DNA of 64,000 nt from the human T2T-CHM13v2.0 reference genome, Homo sapiens, in assembly GCF_009914755.1 (NCBI RefSeq), contig NC_060940.1; one strand, given 5' to 3'. Both the position numbers and the translations under genes were made by a program. A model generated the notes under the pieces. It was not told the DNA's origin. It searched no databases and saw only the letters and a program-made list of their open reading frames with translations. Shown here piece after piece: positions 56,307 through 64,000 of the stretch; positions within the stretch are counted from its first letter, which is position 1, and every line of letters begins with the position of its first letter.

Positions 56307-58359
56307 GAAAAAGGTATTCTTTTTCCCAATGCATATTTTTAGTATCTTTCTTGAATATCAGATAGCTGTAAATACATGGGTTTATTCCTGGCTTCTCTAA
56401 TCTGTTCCATTGGTCTACGTGTCTGTTTTGATGCCAACACTACGCTGCTTTAGTTACTGTAGGCTTGTGATATATTTTAAAGTTGGATAGTGTGATGCCT
56501 CCAGGTTTGTTCTTTTTGCTCAGGCTTGCTTTGGCTATTCAAGCTACTTTTTGGTTTTACACAAATTTTAGGATTATTTTTCTATTTCTATAAAAAAAAT
56601 CGGTATTTTGATAGGGATTGCATTGACTCTGTAGACTGCTTTGGGAAGTATGGTCATTTTAACAATGTTAATTCTCCTAATCCATGAGAATGGGATGTCA
56701 TTCCATTTGTTTGTGTCCTCCTCAATTTCTTTCATCAGTGTTTTGTAGTTTTCCTTATAGAGATCTTTCATCTTTTTGGTTACATTTATTTCTATGTATT
56801 TTAAATTTCTTGTAGCTATTGTGCATCCCATATTGTAAATGGGACTGCCTTCTCAATTTCTTTCTCAGCTAGCTCATTATTGATGTATAGAAATACTACT
56901 GATTTTTATATAATGATATTATATTGTATTTCTGAATGAGTTTATAAGGTCTAAAAGCTTTTTCACAGAGTCCTTAGGTTTTTCCATATGTAAGTGCATA
57001 TAATCAGCAAAGAGGGACAATTTGACTTCCTCTTTTCCAATTTGGATGCCTTTTTTTTCTTGCCTGATTGCTCTGGCTAGGACTTCCAGTACTATGTTGA
57101 ATAAGAGTGGTGGAAGTGGGCATCCTTGTCTTGTTGCAGTTCTTAGAGGAAAGGATTTTCAGTTCTTCCCCATTCAGTATCATCTTAGCTGTGGGTTTGT
57201 CCTATGTGGCCTTCATTATGTTGAGATGTGTTCCTTCTAAGCCTAGTGTTTCAAAAGTTTTTATCATGAAGGGATGATAAATTGTATCAAATTCTCTTTC
57301 TGCATCTTTTGAGATAAACATACGCTTTTTGTCCTTCATTCTATTGATATGATGTATCATGTTTTTTGATTTGCATATGTTGAACCATCCTTTCATCCCT
57401 AGGATAAATCCCACTTGATCATTGTGTACTTGCTTTTATGTACTGTTGAATTTGGCTTGCTAGTATTTTGCTGAGGATTTTTTTGTCTATGATCATTAGG
57501 GATATTGACCTATAGTTTTCTCTTTTATGTTGCATCCCTCTCTGGTTTTGATATCAGACTCATGCTGGCCTTATGGAATGAGTTAGAGAGAAATCCCTCC
57601 TCTTCAATTTTTTGGAATTGTTTGAAGAGAAATGGTGTTATTTCTTCTTCAAAAGTTTGGTAAAATTTTGCAGTGAAGCCATTCAGTCTTGGGCCTTGTA
57701 TTTTTGATGGGAGAGTTTTTATTACTGATTCAGTCTCATTACTCGTCTGTTCAGGATTCCTATTTTTCATGATTCAATCTTGGTAGGTTGCAGGTGTTCA
57801 GAAATTTACCCATCTATTCTAGTTTTTTAATTTGTTGGTGCATAGTTGTTCACAGAGTGGTAATCTTTTGTATTTCTGTAGTATCAATTGTAATGTCTCC
57901 TTTCTCATTTCTGATTTTGTTTATTTGGGCCTTTTCTCTTTTTTTCTTGGTAAGTCTAGCAAGTGGTTTATCAATTTTGTTAAAGTTTTTTAAAAAACAA
58001 CTTCTCATTTCATTGATTCTTTGTATTTTTTTTAGTCTCATTTCTTTTAGTTTTGCTCCAATCTTTATCATTTCTTTCCCTCTACTAATTTGGGGTTTTT
58101 GTTTGTTCTTGCTTTTTTAGTTCCTTGAGGTGCACCACTAGCTTGCTTATTTGAAGTCTTTCTACTTTTTTAAAAAAGAAAACCAAAGACTGCTTTTATT
58201 GATGCACGAATAGACTCATTCACAATTTGGAAGGGATAACAGTAATACAATAATAATCATCAAAACAAACTAAAATAGAAGGGTTATCTGTTCCTTTCTT
58301 TCTCTCTTATTGTTTATTCTCATGGTTTGGTAGTTTTCTGTAGTGGTAACATTTAAGTC

Positions 58360-58743
58360 AGATATGGTTTGGCTCTGTGTCCCCACCTAAATCTCATCTC
58401 CAATTGTAATCCCCAAGTGTCCAGGGAAGGACCTGTAATTCCCACTTGTCAAGGGAGGGAGGTGATTGGATCATGTGGACAGTTCCCCTCATGCTGTTCT
58501 CATAATAGTGAGTGACTTCTCATGAGACCTGATGGTTTTATAAGTGTCTGACAGTTCCTCCTTCACACGCACTTCTCTCTCCTGCCACCACCTAAGACAT
58601 GCCTGCTTCCCCTTCTGCCATGATTGTAAGTTTCCTGAGGCCTCCCAAGCCATGCAGAACTGTGAGTCAATTAAACCTCCTTTCTTTATAAATTATCCAG
58701 TCTCAGGTATTTCTTTATGGCAGCGTGAGAACGGACAAATACA
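58360..58743 (+). mobile_element. THE1D-like solo LTR
   Basis: GATATGGTTTGGCTCTGTGTCCCCAC..GAACTGTGAGTCAATTAAACCTC..GAGAACGGACAAATACA; TSD AAGTC/TAGTC. Confidence 0.93.
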
Positions 58744-61589
58744 TAGTCTTTTCCTCATTTCTTCTCTACACCAGTGGTTTTTATATTTTCATGTGTTTTC
58801 ATGATGCTAAATATCATTCTTCCACTTCCAGTTGTAGGGATTTCTTATAGGTCTGCTCTAGTGGTGATTAATTCCTTCAGCTTTTGTTTCTCTGGGAAAG
58901 ACTTTCTTTTTCCTACATTTATGAAGAATAACTTTGCTGCCTACAGTATCTTTGGCTGATAATTTTTTTTTTCTTCCAGCACTTTGAATATGTCATCCCA
59001 TTTTCTTCTGGCCTGTAAGGTTCTGGCTGAGAAATCTGCTGTTAGTGTGATGGAGCCTCCTTTATAAATGACTAGATACTTTTCTTTTACTGTTTTTAGA
59101 ATTCTTTCTGTGTTTTTTGACTTTTGACAGTTTGACTATAATATGCCATGCCTTGGAGATCTTTTTGCATTGTATCTGTTTGGGGATCTCTGAGCTTTCT
59201 GTATCTGGACATCTAAATGTCTTGCTAGTCTTTGGAAGTTTTCATCTATTATTTCATTAAATAGGTTTTCTAGCACTTTAATTTTCTCTTTGTCTTCTGG
59301 AACTCCAATAAATAGAACATTTGGTCATTTTATGATTCCCTATTTGTCATGCAGGCTTTTTTCATTCTTTTTTATGTTTTTTCTGACAGAATTATTTCGA
59401 AAATCCTGCCTTCAAGTTCTGAGATTCTTTCTTCTGCTTGCTCCAGTCTATTGTTGAAGCTTTCAAATGTATTTTGTATCTCATTAAATGAATTTTTTAG
59501 TTCCAGAATTTGTTTGGTTCTTTTTAATGGTGTTTATCTTTTTTATTTATATTTTTATCTTATTTATGATCTCTTTGGTAAATTTCTTATATCCTGAATT
59601 GTTTTTCTTATTTCTTTATATTGTTTTCCAACATTCTCTTGTATCCCACTGAGCTTCTTTAAAACCAATATTTTGATTTTTATCCAGAGTTTTACAAATT
59701 TTTTTTTTATTGGGATTTGTTGCTGGCTAATTATTGTGTTCCTTTGGAGGTGTCATATTTTCTTATTTTTCATATTTCTTATGTCCTTACATTGATATCT
59801 GGGTATCTGGTGAAACACTCACTTCTTCAATTTTTTTAAATTTGCTTTTGTAGGGGAGGACTTTTTCCTGAAGCTGTATCTATGGAGTGGGTTGAGTAGG
59901 GCACTTTGGCTTTGATTCTCAATGTGTATGGTAGTGTAGTCTCTGTATGATTTCTTTAGCTATAAACAGAGTCAGAGGTGTCTATTATTTCCTCAGTAAC
60001 CTAGAGTGTGCTTATTAGTGAAAGCTGTGGTGAAGTTTTGCTGGAGACTAGGATGCCAGGTGGTCCATTCTTTGGGCTCCAGTGGAGGCAGCTCTCCTTG
60101 GACCCTAGGGCAGCCTTTGCATGCCAGTTTTAGCTGGTGAGGTGGACGGATTCTTGGGCCTTTGGGTGGATTGCTGAAATACCAGTAGTGGTAGCAGTGG
60201 GCTGGATGGGTGGGTGGGTTCTCAAGCCCTTGGGCAGCAGGCATGATGTAGGCAATGGCAGTAGCAGAGGCAGGATAACTATCCTGGTCTTAAATGGTGT
60301 GCATTGATGTTAGTGGTGGCAGCAGTGGCCTTGGCAGGCCAGTTCAAGCCCATAGGTAGCATGGGCAGGTGGGTGTCAGCTGTGGTGGTAGTGGCAAGTA
60401 GGTGGCCCAACCTCAGGCTCCCAGGAGAAGTGCTCAGGTGCTGACAGTGGTGGGTGGGATTGGTGATCCCCAGACCCCCAAACTACATGCTCTGGCATAA
60501 GGGTAGGGGCAAAGCCAGGCTGGGAAGGCTTGTCCTTAAGCACCCTGGTGGTACATACAGAAACTGGTTTTGGAAGGCAGGGATAGGGAGATTTCCAGGC
60601 CCTCAGTAGAATGGTCAGGTGAGAAGTGGCAGCAGCTATATTGCAGCCCTGTACTAGGGAGGGCAGAGTGGTTTTCAGTGGCAGCCATAGGCAAGTGGAT
60701 GGAGAACATGCACTTTCCTTGCGCTTCAGTCCCAGTGGTGGTAGCACATGCTTCACTTGCACCTCAACCCCGGCAGCAGCAACCTGCACTTCACTCATGT
60801 CCCAGCCCTGGTGGCAGCAACCTGTGCCCCACTTACACTTAAGCCCCAGTAGCAGCTGGATCACCCACAATGATGGCATCTGGGGGCAGTGGACTCTGTC
60901 TAGGTGCATGAAAATTCATGGTGGCTCTCCTGCTGGTGAGAGCAGGATCACCACCAGTGGCCTGTGCCTTGGCTCCAGTGACAACAGCCAGCAGCAGTGG
61001 CGGCTGCAAGCAAGGGATGTCCTTGGAGCCCCAGGAATGTGGAGATGCAGACACTATTGGGCCCCAGGGCAGGGTGCAGTCTGTTTGGGGCTGGGCTTTC
61101 AAAACTGTGCCTTGCTGTGTAGCAGCTTAGGACCTGGCGGGGGTGGGGAGGATCCAGCATGAGCGTCCTCTCTGGAGCAATGCCATTGCACAATCTCCAG
61201 GCAGCTCCTTAAGTCAGTTTCAGGGCCCGTGATGGTCAAGGGGCTCTCTTGTGACCAGGATTGCAGAAGGATTCCATGTTGGAAATGTGGACCACTGAGG
61301 GTCTCTCACTTACCTGTTGCCCTTACTGGGCAGTCTCTCCAGTCTCACAGCCATTCCTAGCCAAGCAGGCTCCCTTGTTTCCCTCTCTTTTCCTGCTTTA
61401 GGTGGTTCCTGTCACCTCTCTTTTGATCCAGTGTTCTCTCTTAGGTGATCTGTTTGAAGTGCGGTCATCTACTCACTATTTTGGTCTTTCTTTGTGGAGA
61501 AGTTGAGTATGAGATGCCTCTAGTCAGCCATCCTCTCTGCAAAATAGTTTTTACTGCTTTAAACTAGTTCGAAAGCCATTGATGTAGAC

Positions 61590-61800
61590 AGATAGCTAAA
61601 CTTATTGAGCTCTTATACTGTGCCTTACAGTCATTCTCATTTAATCCTTGTGGAAACACAATGAAGTAGGCCATATTATTCATCATTTGGCAGTTTAATA
61701 AATTGAGGTACAAAGAGGGTAAGTAAATTCCAGAAGATCAACATGGATAGTAGTCCTAGATCTGGGCTGTGAACCTGGGCAGTGTGATTTTAGAGCCTTA
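61590..61800 (-). mobile_element. MIR
   Basis: TTCTCATTTAATCCT..AAATTGAGGTACAAAGAGGGTAAGTAA..GAACCTGGGCAGTGTGA. Confidence 0.75.
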
Positions 61801-62169
61801 GCACTCTGCTTTCTGAATCCAATGTGTACTAAAGTCATATATTTATTAACTTGGGAAGAGGTTCGCAATGTATCAGTTTTTTGAGCAGATTAATAAGTAG
61901 CATGTGCAATTGGATATCATTTTATTATATGTTCATGGAAAGGGATGGTTAGGTTACTCCCATGAACAGGAAAAAAAAAAAAAAAAAGCTATCTCCAAAA
62001 TGAAGGAGGAGAGAAACATGGGTAAACCAGCTAGAGAATGTGTTCTAAAGATTCTGAATTTGGTATGTGCACTTGTCCCAAACACAATCATGCCCTTTCT
62101 TCAAGGGTTGACTACACTTTGGGAGCCTGTATGTACTGGAGCCGTTTGTGTGTGACCAGCCACATTTTC

Positions 62170-62800
62170 TTTTTTGTTTGTTTTTGCTTTTTGGTTTTTT
62201 TTTATTTTTTATTTTTTGTAATTTCAACTTTTATTTTAGATTCAGGGGGTACATGTGTAGTTTTGTTACCTGAGTATATCGCATGATGCTGAGGTTTGGT
62301 GTACAATTGATCCCATTACCCCGATACTGAGCATAGTACCCAACAGTTAGTTTTTCAACCCAGTCCCACTCACTCCTCGTAGTAGTACCCAGTGTCTATT
62401 GTTGCCATCTGTCTGTCCACGAGTACCTTGTTTAGCTCCCACTTACATAAGTGAGAACATGGAGTCTTTCTGTTCCTGCATTAATTCTCTTAGGATAATG
62501 GCCTCCAGCTGTATCCATGTTGCTGCAAAGAACATGATTTCATCATTTTTGTGGCTGTGTAGCATTCCATGGTGTATATGTACCACATCTCCTTTATCTA
62601 ATCCACTGATGGACATTATGAACACCTAGGTTGATTCCATGTCTTTGCTATTGTGAATAGTGCTGCAGTGAACATACCAGTGCATGTGTCTTTTTGGTAG
62701 AAAGATTTTTTTCTCCTGTGTATATACCCAGTAATGGGATTATCAGATCAAATTGTAGTTCTATATTCTTTGAGAAATCTCCAAACTGCTTTCCACAGTG
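62170..62800 (-). mobile_element. L1PA15/16-like 3' end, 5'-truncated
   Basis: T-rich tail, TTTCAACTTTTATTTTAGATTCAGGGGGTACATGTG; TSD CCAGC(C)CACATTTTC at 62156-62169 and 62801-62815. Confidence 0.92.
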
Positions 62801-63308
62801 CCAGCCCACATTTTCAAGACTTATACGTGTCAGGTGTTAGGGCACCATTGAGGAAGGGGATCCTGTGTGAGCTCCATGCAGGCAAGTTTCAAGAATTTTC
62901 CATGATGAGTTCAACATAGGGTTAATTAAACCATCTTCTTGCCTTTGCTTAAATCATCTAATCTAGATAAATCAACTTAATGGTTATTTTCAGCATCTAT
63001 GGGTAGAATTGAATTTAATTGACTCAGAAGCCAATGGAAGGGTGACACAAAAGAAGCCAAAGATCTATCTTCGTGGAATTTATAAGTTATTAGAATGAGA
63101 AGCTTACATTCAAAGGACAATCACAAAATGTAACAAGAATTTACAAAGTACATGTTAGACTACATGATGTAGGCTGAGTTAGAAGAAAGGAAGAAGGTCA
63201 CAGAATCTGAAATGTTCAAAAAACACATAGGGCTTTTAATTGGGCTCTATAAAAATAATTTGCATTGGCTGAGAACAAAACTAGATTTTCCATCTTTACT
63301 ATCTAGAT

Positions 63309-63763
63309 CAGTGGTTCTCAATCAGTGGCTACTAATGAACAATGAAACCTGAACAGTGTTACAGTGAAATTTTGCCCAATGTGACTTTTTTTTTAAATGA
63401 AAACACACAGAGTTGCAACATCATCTGTCTGATGGATCCTTTAATTGAGCAGGCAGAAAAATATAAAGGATGATCCAACCTTCTGTGAACCAGAGTAAAG
63501 TGTGAGCTTTGGCTTGTGGGTTTGTAGCAGATTGTCATCATGGCAATAAATAATTCTAATCAAATAGCAGGACAGTGTGAAAGGGTGACCACTAACTTCT
63601 TTCAAAACACTGGGAGACATTGTTAGACTGTGGCAATTACTGCATTGTAATTGTTCCTAATTTATTTAAATGTTGTTTTTAGTCTCCTAATCATTCCAAG
63701 AGGGCTGCCAAAATTCTAATATTCCAAAATGTGCCATGAATCCACAAAGTTTGGGAGCCACTG
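63309..63763. mobile_element. hAT-Charlie-type non-autonomous element
   Basis: Terminal inverted repeats CAGTGGTTCTCAA / TTGGGAGCCACTG; 3' GGGCTGCCAAAA..GTGCCATGA. Confidence 0.6.
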
Positions 63764-63902
63764 ATTTGTTCTCTCCCATGCCACATTTTGTTTCATATTA
63801 CAGTTTGTCCTTAGGAAATAGCATTTTAATAATACCAAGCAAAAGCATTTATGGGCTATGGAATTTAGCAATTACCTTGAATTGCTTAAGTTGAGCAGAT
63901 TC

Positions 63903-64000
63903 TTTTAAAAATAATTTATTATTCTGAAATAATCTAAAGTTCACAAAAAGTCACAAAAATAATACAGTGTTCCCATGTACCCTTCTCCCAACTTCCCCCA
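63903..64000 (-). mobile_element. Old L1M (MB/MC-like) 3' end, runs off the window
   Basis: TTCTGAAATAAT..TTCACAAAAAGT..AAAAATAATACAG..TCCCATGTACCCTTC..CTTCCCCCA. Confidence 0.7.

Noticed and set aside
60376-61193. Overlapping 177-178 aa ORFs on both strands
   Set aside because: They lie in the GC-richer 5'UTR-like part of the old L1; no recognisable domain.

Overview
This is primate (human-like; AluY present) non-coding genomic DNA, roughly half of it recognisable interspersed repeats: about 19 Alu/FLAM copies, L1 of several ages (including a long, internally deleted antisense L1MA-type element at ~52.8-61.5 kb), MaLR and ERVL LTRs (THE1, MLT1, MLT2, LTR16), MIR/L2, hAT and Tigger DNA elements, a full-length Hsmar2 mariner fossil and a MADE1 MITE. 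I can support no intact protein-coding gene, RNA gene, CpG island or CRISPR array; the ORF track mostly reflects repeats and low-complexity sequence. Subfamily names are from memory of consensus sequences and many boundaries are approximate. The most unusual signals are short segments apparently copied from ~1.1-1.2 kb away: (i) a ~125-bp copy of a locus-specific L1/L1 chimeric junction (53060-53186 vs 54254-54376), (ii) an inverted, tail-less L1 fragment sharing distinctive variants with a neighbouring L1 (33262-33514 vs 31791-32038), and (iii) a 55-bp duplication of apparently unique sequence (26615-26669 vs 27702-27755). Also noted: an orphan poly(A)-signal-bearing filler at an L1 deletion, a possible L1 3' transduction, a four-fold reiterated L1 3' end, strong H-DNA and Z-DNA tracts, DUX4 motif gain/loss in LTRs and two candidate exons. 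I found no convincing new biological system; the best leads concern insertion and repair mechanisms.
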